The notes beneath the pieces are model-generated. The model had not been told where the DNA came from. It saw only the letters and a program-made list of their open reading frames with translations, and did not search any database. Below, one piece after another: positions 27,965 through 36,650 of a DNA stretch of 64,000 bases. The DNA lies in assembly GCA_049903315.1 (NCBI GenBank), contig JBNGBT010000006.1, positions 88,920-152,919 on the forward strand, written 5' to 3'. Made by a program: the position numbers and the translations under genes. This DNA is from Candidatus Cloacimonadota bacterium. Its GTDB lineage: Bacteria; Cloacimonadota; Cloacimonadia; JGIOTU-2. Every line of letters begins with the position of its first letter. Positions within the stretch are counted from its first letter, which is position 1.

Positions 27965-29010
27965 ATGATATCGCCGTCCTGAACTATATATTCTTTTCCT
28001 TCAAGATGAAATTTTCCGCATGCTTTCAGTGCTTTTTCCGAACCGCATTCTTTGAAATCATCATAGGTGAAACGCTCTGCGCGAATAAAACCATGCGCAA
28101 GATCAGTGTGAATTTCTGCCGCAGCATCAAGCGCAGTTTCTCCTTTTCTCAGCGTCCATGCCCGGACTTCATCAGTGCCGATCGTGAAGAAGCTGATCAA
28201 GCCCAAAGTGTCATAAGAGATTCTTGTCAATTTATTTACTGCGGACTCTTTGATGTCGTATTCTTCCATGAATTCGAGTGCTTCTGCTTCATCAAGCTGA
28301 AGAAGTTCCATTTCAAATTTACCTGCGATCTCAACAACTTTGTATCTGCCTGCAAGCTTGTCTTTGAGCTCTTGATTTTTCCCGAAATTATCCTCGTCCA
28401 TATTGAGTATTATGAACATTGGCTTGAGGGTGAGAAACTGAAATCCGCGAAGAATTTTTTCTTCATATGATGAAAATTCCAATGTTTTGAGCATCTTGTT
28501 TTCGCTGAGACAATCATAACATTTTTGAAAGAGGTGCAGCTCCTTTTCAGTGTCCGGATTTTTGCCGCCTTTTGTGTATTGTTTGCCAAGGGTTTCCACT
28601 TTTTTCTCACATATTGCAAGGTCGGAAAAGAGGAATTCTGTTTCCAGGGTTTCAATATCCTGTTCGGGTTGAGCAGGGGAGCCGGGCACATCAAAACCGC
28701 GAATGACCAATCCGAGAGCATTTACCATACGGATGATGCTGAGCAGTTCGCCGGAAAAGATTTCTTTCTTTATCTCATCGTGATGTATGCCCACGAAATC
28801 CATATATTCAATTGTTGCAAAGATCGTTTTATGGGGATTGTATATTCCTGCAAGATAATCGATGCGTTCATCAGCCACTTCCACGATTGCGAGGTTTGGT
28901 TTTGTTGCTCCGGAATAGTAATCCGAAGTATCTGCCTCACTGCCTGTTACCGCATTGAAGATAGTGGTTTTGCCACTTTTTGGAAGACCAACCAATCCGA
29001 TTTTTATCAT
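27946..29010 (-). CDS. ychF: YchF/Obg-like P-loop GTPase/ATPase
   Basis: IGLVGLPKSGKTTIFNA P-loop and a C-terminal TGS/DUF933-like region (AWTLRKGETALDAAAEIHTDLAHGFIRAE). Confidence 0.8.
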   Translation of the reverse strand: MIKIGLVGLPKSGKTTIFNAVTGSEADTSDYYSGATKPNLAIVEVADERIDYLAGIYNPHKTIFATIEYMDFVGIHHDEIKKEIFSGELLSIIRMVNALGLVIRGFDVPGSPAQPEQDIETLETEFLFSDLAICEKKVETLGKQYTKGGKNPDTEKELHLFQKCYDCLSENKMLKTLEFSSYEEKILRGFQFLTLKPMFIILNMDEDNFGKNQELKDKLAGRYKVVEIAGKFEMELLQLDEAEALEFMEEYDIKESAVNKLTRISYDTLGLISFFTIGTDEVRAWTLRKGETALDAAAEIHTDLAHGFIRAERFTYDDFKECGSEKALKACGKFHLEGKEYIVQDGDIICIRHN

Positions 29011-29144
29011 GGCATAACTTTCCTAAAGTAGTATATATTCGTCAATTATTATTGAAAATCAATTAACTGTTAAATATTTTATCAATATGATAAATTATCA
29101 ATGAAGATAATCTAAATGTAATACTATAAATTATGAGTCAGATT

Positions 29145-30251
29145 TTAATTGATGAAATCAAATTTCCTTCTCAAGTGATTCATTTGTTTATATTCAATTA
29201 AGTTTTCTCTCTGCAATCTTCCAACAATGATTCCAGGGCAAAGATTAATTTTGTCTGCTAAGTCCAGAATAGATTTTTCAGTAAATTTTGCAGATGTAAT
29301 AAATTTTTTCCATAATTTAATAGGAATTAAAAAATTGCTAGCAGAAATATCTGCCTCTAATTCTTTTCGGTTATCACTAGTTGATTTTGTTTCAATAAAT
29401 ATATCGCTTTTTCCATGAAGTAGTATATGTGCTGCTTCATGAAAGAACGTGAACCAGAAATAATCCTCATATTTCCTGTAAAGAGATAGTTGGATCATAG
29501 CTTTTTTCGGATTTATCCATTTTGTAATACCATACACAGGTAAACCTGTTAAGCGTTGAATAAAGATTAATGCAACACCAGCTTTAGCACATTGCTCAAC
29601 CATGATATTCTCAAAAAATTCGGGCTCTGTAGTTGTTAAATCTCTTATAGATTTTAGTGATTGAATGAATTGTCTTCTGTCATAAGTAGCACAGGATATT
29701 TCTTGTGCTTCTAATTCTCCCTTTCTTAACCAAACTGAATTAGCTTCTGGTTTTTTTGAAAATGCGCGTGATTCTTTATACGATACATTAGGAGACATCC
29801 ATACTTTTGACCAATCATCTGGTGAGGATATACCAAAAAAATTTAATAGTTCTGACAGCTGTTCAACATCATTTTCTTTTTTCTCAATCCATTTTAATTT
29901 TATGACTTCATTAATTGGAAATTTTTTTAACCAATCTATATGCTTTGATAACTTCTCTTTTTCTTTTTCATAAGCCCAAAATTCATCATATCGTTTTTGT
30001 CTATTATTCCAGAATGAAGAAGGCACTCCTAGAACTCTTTCTAACTGAATTGCAGTTTCAGGTGTGATCGAGATTTTACCTTTGATTATCTCATTTATTT
30101 TATTTATTGGACGACCCATCCTATGGGCTAAGCTTGTTTGTGTCCATCCTTTTTCTTCAAGCAAATCTAATATTGTTAAGCCGGGCTTGCTAATAGTAGA
30201 AGGCTTATATTCATTTTTTATATCATTTGCCATGATAATCTCCGATTTCAA
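29145..30251 (-). CDS. HigA/VapI-type HTH antitoxin fused to ImmA/IrrE (M78) zinc metallopeptidase domain
   Basis: N-terminal PGLTILDLLEEKGWTQTSLAHRMGRPINKINEIIKGKISITPETAIQLERVLGVPSSFWNNRQ (HigA family). C-terminal FFHEAAHILLH (HExxH). Alternative start at M7 (30233). Confidence 0.7.
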   Translation of the reverse strand: MKSEIIMANDIKNEYKPSTISKPGLTILDLLEEKGWTQTSLAHRMGRPINKINEIIKGKISITPETAIQLERVLGVPSSFWNNRQKRYDEFWAYEKEKEKLSKHIDWLKKFPINEVIKLKWIEKKENDVEQLSELLNFFGISSPDDWSKVWMSPNVSYKESRAFSKKPEANSVWLRKGELEAQEISCATYDRRQFIQSLKSIRDLTTTEPEFFENIMVEQCAKAGVALIFIQRLTGLPVYGITKWINPKKAMIQLSLYRKYEDYFWFTFFHEAAHILLHGKSDIFIETKSTSDNRKELEADISASNFLIPIKLWKKFITSAKFTEKSILDLADKINLCPGIIVGRLQRENLIEYKQMNHLRRKFDFIN

Positions 30252-30528
30252 CGATCTTAATTATATTTATTTTACTTAAATCTAACCATCCGTCTTTTGA
30301 TACAGGCAAAGGATCAGCAATTGGCTCCATTACTAACCTTTTAGGATTATCCAAATCCATCGCCCATTGTCCTTTTCTATTTTCTTTTAAGGGATGAAGC
30401 CGTCCTGGTAAGTATTTCATGATTTCCATGTTATCACAGTCTCGAATATCATCTAATCTTCTTTGTAGTTTACCAGTTGCGTTATTACATAGCTTCTTCA
30501 CTTTTGAGTTTCCGAAAATAATTTCCAT
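30223..30528 (-). CDS. higB: HigB-like toxin (plasmid maintenance system killer family, RelE/ParE superfamily)
   Basis: LPGRLHPLKENRKGQWAMDL and C-terminal GDYH match the HigB_toxin pattern (L-x-G-x-x-x-H-x-L-K-G-D-R-x-G-x-W-S ... DYH). It lies upstream of, and overlaps, the antitoxin gene. Confidence 0.65.
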   Translation of the reverse strand: MEIIFGNSKVKKLCNNATGKLQRRLDDIRDCDNMEIMKYLPGRLHPLKENRKGQWAMDLDNPKRLVMEPIADPLPVSKDGWLDLSKINIIKIVEIGDYHGK

Positions 30529-30690
30529 TTTTATTAACCCTTGGGGTAAAAGATATTTTATATAAATATTATGTCAAATAAAATCTTATTTATTTAATAG
30601 CGTTTAACAAAAAAAATCATATAATCATATTTCTTGACGAACAATACTCATGATTTTCTAAGTTTTACAAGATCTTTCAGGAGGTACAAC

Positions 30691-31503
30691 GTGCTGAAAA
30701 CTAAATATATTAAGACGCTTGAGATACTCACCTCGCTCTTGATTTTAATCACCTTCATCGTTTCGCTCTACAGTATTCTGAATATACATATATACAAACC
30801 ATTTACACCGACTTCGTTTTTTCCCGGGGTTCTGAGCCAGGATGTAGTGTCATTAGTTGTTTCCGTTCTGCTTCTGATAGTGCTGGTGAAACTCCGCAAT
30901 TCATCGGAAAAAATATATCTTGTATGGATAGCCCTGATCGGTTACCTTCTTTATGCATACGGCATATATGCTTTTGACAGAGTGTATTCTATGTTCTTCC
31001 TGTGCTATGTCGCGATCTTTGGTTTATCTTTGTTCAGTTTGATCATATTTTTCAGCTCCATCGATTTGGATTATTTTATTGAAATACGGACCGAGCATAT
31101 TCCCAAAAAGTCTATAGCAGTTTTTCTGCTGCTACTGGCAATTCTGTTTATTTTTTCATGGATGAAGATTATTATTCCGGCAATGACATATCACATTCAA
31201 CCTGACGGGAATTCGATTTTTGTGTTCGATCTCTCATTTTTCATTCCCCTGCTCATCATTACAGGGATCGCGCTGTTCCGGAATAAAAAATTGGGTTATC
31301 TACTTTCGGGAATTCTTCTGATGAAAATGGGATTTCTCGGGTTTTCAGTATTACTCGGCACGCTTATTGCACCATATTTTGGATTACCTTTTTCTATCTT
31401 TGAAGTTGTGTTGTATGCAATCCTGGGAGTAGGAAGTTTTGTTTTTGCGATCATTTATATCAATGCCCTGCGTTCCGATTGGGATTTGGAGTTGAAGGAC
31501 TGA
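30691..31503 (+). CDS. Polytopic membrane protein, unknown function
   Basis: About 8 hydrophobic helices. The track ORF starts at TTG 30634. The in-frame GTG 30691 is preceded by AGGAGG (30678-30683) and is preferred. Confidence 0.5.
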   Translation: MLKTKYIKTLEILTSLLILITFIVSLYSILNIHIYKPFTPTSFFPGVLSQDVVSLVVSVLLLIVLVKLRNSSEKIYLVWIALIGYLLYAYGIYAFDRVYSMFFLCYVAIFGLSLFSLIIFFSSIDLDYFIEIRTEHIPKKSIAVFLLLLAILFIFSWMKIIIPAMTYHIQPDGNSIFVFDLSFFIPLLIITGIALFRNKKLGYLLSGILLMKMGFLGFSVLLGTLIAPYFGLPFSIFEVVLYAILGVGSFVFAIIYINALRSDWDLELKD

Positions 31504-31634
31504 GATGAGCAAAAATACCCGGGTACTTCTCTTTGATTTTGAGACATCCCCGGATTTTTTCTGGATTGTAAATTATTTTATTAGCACGGGTTAGATAAGA
31601 ATATTCATTTTATTCAACGATAGAAAAAGGTGAT

Positions 31635-32327
31635 ATGATGAAAAGCAAAAAATTAGTTATTATACTAACGATTTTATTTCTTAGTTCAATCTATTTATTA
31701 GCCGAAACAGACGAGGCAAGAGTATACACCGATATGGGGATTTGTTTTGCCAAAAAGGAAAACTATGACAAAGCAATTGAATGTTATCAGAAAGCGATAG
31801 AGATAGATCCTAATAATGCAAATACATACTATAATATGGGGGTTTCTTATGACAATAAGGAAAATTATGACAAAGCAATTGAATGTTATCAGAAAGCGAT
31901 AGAGATAGATCCAAATGATGTAGAATCATACTACAATATGGGGAATGCTTATAATGATAAAGAAAACTATGACAAAGAAATTGAATGTTATCAGAAAGCT
32001 ATAGAGATTGATCCAAATAATGTAGAATCATACTACAATATGGGGAATGCTTATAATTATAAAGAAAACTATGATAAAGCGATAGTATACTACGAGAGAG
32101 CAATTGAGATAGATCCAGGTTATGCACTGGCATACTACAATATAGGGATTACTTACTATCTTATATTTTGTGATATATCAGCAGCCGATAATCTCTATCA
32201 GGCAGGTTTGTTATATTTAGAACAAAATAATAGGCAGTTGGCTCTTAAGACCTTAGATGTAATGAAGGATTTCGTTCCAGATTCACCACTAATTCAAAAA
32301 CTAATGGATAAGCTAAATGAGGAATAA
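31635..32327 (+). CDS. Secreted tetratricopeptide-repeat protein
   Basis: Signal peptide and five or more 34-aa TPR units (ENYDKAIECYQKAIEIDPNN..YYNMG). Confidence 0.8.
   Translation: MMKSKKLVIILTILFLSSIYLLAETDEARVYTDMGICFAKKENYDKAIECYQKAIEIDPNNANTYYNMGVSYDNKENYDKAIECYQKAIEIDPNDVESYYNMGNAYNDKENYDKEIECYQKAIEIDPNNVESYYNMGNAYNYKENYDKAIVYYERAIEIDPGYALAYYNIGITYYLIFCDISAADNLYQAGLLYLEQNNRQLALKTLDVMKDFVPDSPLIQKLMDKLNEE
31758..32165 (+). repeat. Four tandem 102-bp (34-codon) repeats inside the TPR gene
   Basis: Unit starts (gaaaa(c/t)tatga(c/t)aaag...) fall at 31758, 31860, 31962 and 32064. Long stretches are nucleotide-identical between units. Confidence 0.8.
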
Positions 32328-32529
32328 TTAAAATTTATTGGGATGTTTTACTAAACATTGTGTGTGAGTGAGAAAATATTCAAAGGAAAATTTGACGGCA
32401 AATAATTAATTATCAAATAATAATTCCGCTGTTGTTGGAAATTACTGCTGCTCTATTAAATTTTGGTATGGATTTAAAAGTATGGAAAACAAATTAACTC
32501 GCAACAAAACCTATGAAAGGTGGGGTAAA

Positions 32530-33531
32530 ATGAAAACAATATTAATAGTTTTACTAACGATTTTACTGTTAGTGACATTTTCATGCAAAAACTCAACTAA
32601 TCCAGGAGACACAACACCACCAACAGTTGAAATAACAAATCCAGCTAACAACTCAGAATTTGGCCAAGGAGAAATTGTAATAATTGAAGCAGAAGCTAAT
32701 GATAATAAGGGTATTGAGAAGGTTGAATTCTATATTGATGACACAAAGATATCGACAGATATAACTGAACCTTACCAATATGAATGGGATACAGGAATAG
32801 TAAAGGGTGTTAATTATACTATTTATGCAAGGGCATTCGATACTTCTGACAACAGTACTAACTCTGCATCAATTATTGTTATTGTTAATGAAAATTCCGG
32901 CACAGTAACCGATATCGATGGTAATGTCTATCAGACATTAGTTATTGGCGACCAGGAATGGATGGTCGAAAACCTAAAAGTAACCCATTACAGAAATGGT
33001 GATCCGATTCCTCATGTTACAGATAGTAGCCAATGGGTTAATTTAACAACTGGTGCATATTGTGTGTATGATAATGATCCTTCAAATGATGATACTTATG
33101 GCAACCTCTATAACTGGTATGCAGTGGATGATGCAAGAGGACTTGCACCAGCGGGATGGCACGTGCCGACTGATGATGAAATTAAGGAATTGGAGATGTA
33201 TCTCGGAATGACACAAGCACAAGCAGAAAGTACAGGATATCGTGGTACCAACGAAGGCAGCAAGCTTGCTGGTGGATACGATTTATGGTATAATGATGAT
33301 TTGAGAAATGATCCTGAATTTGACACAAGTGGTTTCTGCTTCCTTCCCGGCGGTTACCGCTACGGCGGTGGTTACTTCGGCGGTATGGGTGGCTACGGCT
33401 ACTTCTGGTCGTATACAGTGTACTATAGTACCAGCGCTTGGGGCCGGTACTTGTGCTATGATTTAGCGACGGTGACCCGGGGCGCCAACGGTAAGCGCTA
33501 TGGCTTTTCAGTGCGTTGTGTCAGGGATTAG
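32530..33531 (+). CDS. Lipoprotein with Ig-like domain and FISUMP (Fibrobacter succinogenes major paralogous) domain
   Basis: MKTILIVLLTILLLVTFSC lipobox. VEFYIDD...YQYEWDT Ig-like module. GTVTDIDGNVYQTLVIGDQEWMVENL...GNLYNWYAV...GWHVPTDDE...GFSVRCVRD is the TIGR02145-type domain. The track start 32482 lies upstream of the signal peptide. Confidence 0.8.
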   Translation: MKTILIVLLTILLLVTFSCKNSTNPGDTTPPTVEITNPANNSEFGQGEIVIIEAEANDNKGIEKVEFYIDDTKISTDITEPYQYEWDTGIVKGVNYTIYARAFDTSDNSTNSASIIVIVNENSGTVTDIDGNVYQTLVIGDQEWMVENLKVTHYRNGDPIPHVTDSSQWVNLTTGAYCVYDNDPSNDDTYGNLYNWYAVDDARGLAPAGWHVPTDDEIKELEMYLGMTQAQAESTGYRGTNEGSKLAGGYDLWYNDDLRNDPEFDTSGFCFLPGGYRYGGGYFGGMGGYGYFWSYTVYYSTSAWGRYLCYDLATVTRGANGKRYGFSVRCVRD

Positions 33532-33543
33532 AATTTTGACTAT

Positions 33544-33572
33544 CCGCCAGTGGGCGGACGAGCAAAGCTCGT
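33544..33572. repeat. Two adjacent GC-rich hairpins
   Basis: ccgcc-agtg-ggcgg and acgagc-aaa-gctcgt. The first 16-mer (ccgccagtgggcggac) recurs in reverse complement with one mismatch at 1232-1247. Confidence 0.6.
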
Positions 33573-33602
33573 TTGTCTATTTGACTATTAAATTTGGAGT
33601 AA

Positions 33603-33737
33603 ATCGATTGTGTCGATTTAACTAATTTAGAAGTGGGTAAGCATTCCATTAACGAATTATCATCAGGAATATATTTTACAAGAATGAGTGTTGATGGAGT
33701 TGATAAAGAAGTTAAGAAAGTGATATTATTGAGATAG
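33603..33737 (+). pseudogene. Orphan remnant of a T9SS C-terminal sorting domain (no start codon)
   Basis: Open frame after TAA 33600 reads IDCVDLTNLEVGKHSINELSSGIYFTRMSVDGVDKEVKKVILLR*. Compare the intact tails in this window (..GIYFYTLKLDSEKFEPRKMILLR, ..GMYFLKMKTGNEESIRKMILLR). Confidence 0.6.
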
Positions 33738-33836
33738 AAAACCCAGGAAAGGCGTTATAGAATAGCAGATACAGCCATCCCCTAACCCGAGTCGGTTACA
33801 GAGAAATTTCTCGTATTCAGATTTGCACTATTTCAT

Positions 33837-33870
33837 AAAAAACCCGCCGAGTAATCTCAGCGGGTTTTAT
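33837..33870 (-). terminator. Rho-independent terminator downstream of rubrerythrin (hairpin usable in both directions)
   Basis: aaaacccgc-(12 nt)-gcgggtttt with A/T runs on both sides, about 24 nt after the rbr stop. Confidence 0.7.
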
Positions 33871-33891
33871 AAATCAGAGAGAGTTAGAATA

Positions 33892-34467
33892 TTACCAATT
33901 TTCACATTTTACTTCGAAGTACGCTTTCGGGTGTGCACATGCAGGGCATTTTTCCGGTGGCTCTGTGCCTTCATGCACATAACCGCAGTTACGGCATTTC
34001 CACTTAACCACTTTGTCCTTTTTGAACACAGTTCCATTCTCGATATTTTTCAGCAGTCCGAGAAAACGTTTCTCATGTTGAATTTCTGCTTTGCCTATAT
34101 GGCGGAACGCGCCTGCAATTTCCTTGAATCCTTCTTCATCAGCGATTTTTGCAAATCCAGGATACATAATAGTATGCTCGTAATGCTCACCTGCTGCAGA
34201 TTCCGTAAGATTTTCTACAGTCGTGCCGATCTTGCCTGCAGGATATGCAGCGGTTATCTCGACTTCGCCGCCTTCGAGAAATTTGAATAATCTTTTGGCA
34301 TGTTCTTTTTCGTTGAGAGCAGTTTCTTCAAACACTCCAAATATCTGCTCATAACCCTCTTTTTTTGCTTGTTTTGCAAAGAAATCATAGCGGTTACGCG
34401 CCTGGGATTCACCCGCAAAAGCAATTAAGAGATTTTTTTCTGTTTTAGAACCTTTGAGTTCTTTCAT
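33892..34467 (-). CDS. rbr: Rubrerythrin
   Basis: MKELKGSKTEKNLLIAFAGESQARNRY, two ExxH diiron motifs, and a C-terminal rubredoxin-like CRNCGY...CPAC. Confidence 0.95.
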   Translation of the reverse strand: MKELKGSKTEKNLLIAFAGESQARNRYDFFAKQAKKEGYEQIFGVFEETALNEKEHAKRLFKFLEGGEVEITAAYPAGKIGTTVENLTESAAGEHYEHTIMYPGFAKIADEEGFKEIAGAFRHIGKAEIQHEKRFLGLLKNIENGTVFKKDKVVKWKCRNCGYVHEGTEPPEKCPACAHPKAYFEVKCENW

Positions 34468-34489
34468 ATATGACTCCTTAAATATTTAT

Positions 34490-35659
34490 TTAGAAATGAA
34501 AATTTTTTGAGATATTATCAGCTGGATTATTAAAGAATAATTCCCAGTTCCCTGTTTCCATATTGAAGAGAGAAGTTCCGAGTGTCATGCCGCCGGTTAT
34601 ACCACCGGTCGTATCCGGTTCCGCAGCAACATCACACAGGAAACCATGCAGCACATCGCAATCAACATCTTCGAGGTGGCCTTCATAACCTGCTATTAAT
34701 CCCATAAGAGTTGTATAGCGTGCGAGTGTCGTGGCGTCATCATCAGTGGGGAAACCAAGCATTGCATCCTGAATAAAATGGTTGGTATGAGCATACAAGC
34801 CCTCTACTTCATGTACAACTGCGGTGTTTTCTGCTTTCTCGACAGACACAACTCTATTCTCGATGCCCGAAGCAATATTCACGTGAAGTGCATTACAAGC
34901 AGTAGTATTTTCTATGATAGAAATAGCGTCATCCACAGTTTCTGCTTCAAGAAGAGCGCGGAAGATGAATAAGTGGGGAACTCCGCTTGGAACACCAGAC
35001 GCACTTTGTACGTAATTTCCTGAGAATGCTAATCCATCATCAGTGAGAGAAGGTGCAATACCGCAGAGTAATCCCGGATAATAAAGATTCATGAAATCCG
35101 GCTTGCCCTGCATACTCACTTTTATGACAGCCATAAGGTCATGCAAAGATGCCATGCCATCTTCATTATGAGCTAAATATTGATTTCCGTTATAATTGTA
35201 GCTGACTGTGGAGCATCCCAAAAGTGATTCGGGAATATCCATGTCCGTTTCTCCTACCAATCCATAATAAAGTGCGATAATATCACCGAAACAGTTTAAA
35301 CGCATGAGAACATCAAACTCAACTCCTGATCCTTCTGCTGTTCCTCGAATCTCATCTACAAAATCCGGAAAGAGTTCTTCTGCTTTTGCGAGAAGATTTT
35401 CATAGAAATAAACCGAATCAATAGAGATAATATTTACAATAATTGCACTTAATTCTGCTTGTCTTAACATAGCTTGCTGAATATTCTCCGCAAATCTTTG
35501 TCCGATAGCAAAACCAAGATCGTAATAATTGTCTGCTTCAACTTCGAATATCGGGAAGTAATCATCTTTGTTACTGCTCGATTTAAAAAGATTGCAGCCG
35601 ATTATTAGAAATGTGCTTAGTACAAATATGGTGGATATGAATACTAATTTTTTTTTCAT
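34490..35659 (-). CDS. Lipoprotein, C45-family (acyl-CoA:6-APA acyltransferase-like) Ntn-hydrolase fold, tentative
   Basis: LIIGC lipobox. The internal LLGCSTVSY resembles the Gly-Cys autoprocessing site of C45 peptidases. Remainder unverified. Confidence 0.4.
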   Translation of the reverse strand: MKKKLVFISTIFVLSTFLIIGCNLFKSSSNKDDYFPIFEVEADNYYDLGFAIGQRFAENIQQAMLRQAELSAIIVNIISIDSVYFYENLLAKAEELFPDFVDEIRGTAEGSGVEFDVLMRLNCFGDIIALYYGLVGETDMDIPESLLGCSTVSYNYNGNQYLAHNEDGMASLHDLMAVIKVSMQGKPDFMNLYYPGLLCGIAPSLTDDGLAFSGNYVQSASGVPSGVPHLFIFRALLEAETVDDAISIIENTTACNALHVNIASGIENRVVSVEKAENTAVVHEVEGLYAHTNHFIQDAMLGFPTDDDATTLARYTTLMGLIAGYEGHLEDVDCDVLHGFLCDVAAEPDTTGGITGGMTLGTSLFNMETGNWELFFNNPADNISKNFHF

Positions 35660-35678
35660 GTAAACTCCTGTAATTTAA

Positions 35679-36116
35679 TTATCTATTTTTTGATGCTTTT
35701 ACTGCAAAGACTACTGCTGGTTCATCTCCACAATTCTCGATCGAATGCGGAACATCTTTCTTTGCCTGCACTGCATCGCCACACTGTGAGATAAATTCAT
35801 GATTACCAATACGAAATTTTACACAGCCTTTGATCACATAGAACAGCTCTTCGAGAGGATGGTCTTGAATAGTGAGTTTCTCGCCGGCTGGAATGGTGTA
35901 CATGTATGGAGCGAGATGTTCAAAGTTTCCAAAAAAGGGGTGAATTTCAATTTTATCAGTATGAGCAATCTTATGCTCCGTTTTGATATAAGCATGCTCC
36001 TTTTCATCAGTGATGGCATGGAACATCTCCTGTGGAGCACTACAATGAGGACACTTTTCAGGGGATTCTGTTCCCCTGAAAATGTGTCCGCAAACTTTAC
36101 ATCGCCAGTGACGCAT
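35679..36116 (-). CDS. Rubredoxin-like zinc/iron ribbon fused to a cupin domain
   Basis: N-terminal WRCKVCGHIFRGTESPEKCPHCSAP (CxxC..CxxC). C-terminal HPLEELFYVIKGCVKFRIG...GDAVQAKKDVPHSIEN (cupin motifs). Confidence 0.65.
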   Translation of the reverse strand: MRHWRCKVCGHIFRGTESPEKCPHCSAPQEMFHAITDEKEHAYIKTEHKIAHTDKIEIHPFFGNFEHLAPYMYTIPAGEKLTIQDHPLEELFYVIKGCVKFRIGNHEFISQCGDAVQAKKDVPHSIENCGDEPAVVFAVKASKNR

Positions 36117-36119
36117 ATC

Positions 36120-36635
36120 CTACTCAGCCGGAGCGGCAGGAGCGACAAAGGTCCGCACACCAAGCTCTTTGTCCAGCATAAGGAGCCCGTTGCCGTTATC
36201 GCCGATATATTTCAGTTTATCAATGATCTCGTTATCGTTTCCTTCTTCCTCGATCTGCTCGGTCACGAACCATTGAAGGAAGATCTCCGTTGCATAATCA
36301 TTTTCTTCTCGTGCAAGGGCTACAAGCCCATTGATACTTTTGGTCACGAACTGTTCATGTTCGAGTGTTTTCTGGAACATGTCCATAGGAGATTTAAATT
36401 CTGCGGGAGGTTTCTTTATCTCATCAAGTACGACTTTCTGATTTTGTTCAATTACATAATTGTATATCTTTTGCGCATGGCTCATCTCTTCCTGAACCTG
36501 GATAAAGAACCAATTTGCAAAGCCCTTCAGGCCAATGTCCTGCGCATGAGCAGACATGGCAAGATACAAGTAAGCTGAATAGAGTTCTTTATTTATTTGT
36601 AGATTGAGCGCATCTGTCATTTTTTTGCTTATCAT
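36120..36635 (-). CDS. ftn: Non-haem bacterial ferritin
   Basis: LNLQINKELYSAYLYLAMSAH...EEMSHAQKIYNYV...LEHEQFVT ferroxidase-centre pattern. Confidence 0.9.
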   Translation of the reverse strand: MISKKMTDALNLQINKELYSAYLYLAMSAHAQDIGLKGFANWFFIQVQEEMSHAQKIYNYVIEQNQKVVLDEIKKPPAEFKSPMDMFQKTLEHEQFVTKSINGLVALAREENDYATEIFLQWFVTEQIEEEGNDNEIIDKLKYIGDNGNGLLMLDKELGVRTFVAPAAPAE

Positions 36636-36650
36636 AGAACGCCTCGATTA

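Noticed and set aside
31504-31634. tacccgggta palindrome after the membrane protein gene as a terminator
   Set aside because: The 10-bp perfect palindrome has no loop and no following T-run. It is more likely a chance (SmaI/KpnI-like) palindrome.
33335-33531. Explaining the GC jump at the FISUMP gene end purely by its Gly/Tyr/Arg-rich amino-acid composition
   Set aside because: Synonymous third positions also shift (tac over tat, ggc, cgc/cgg instead of aga), and the non-coding hairpins immediately downstream share the high GC. Composition alone does not account for the jump, so the mosaic explanation is retained as a finding.
35799-36578. 259-aa + strand ORF, with similar long antisense ORFs at 42600-43220, 52525-53034, 27952-28470, 28525-29031, 23889-24383, 1611-2054 and 33823-34290
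   Set aside because: Each is the mirror frame of a confidently identified gene (ferritin/cupin, rluB, gldF, ychF, manC, DS-like, rubrerythrin). Their compositions are low-complexity (Phe/Ile/Cys-rich), as expected from reverse-strand reading of AT-rich genes.
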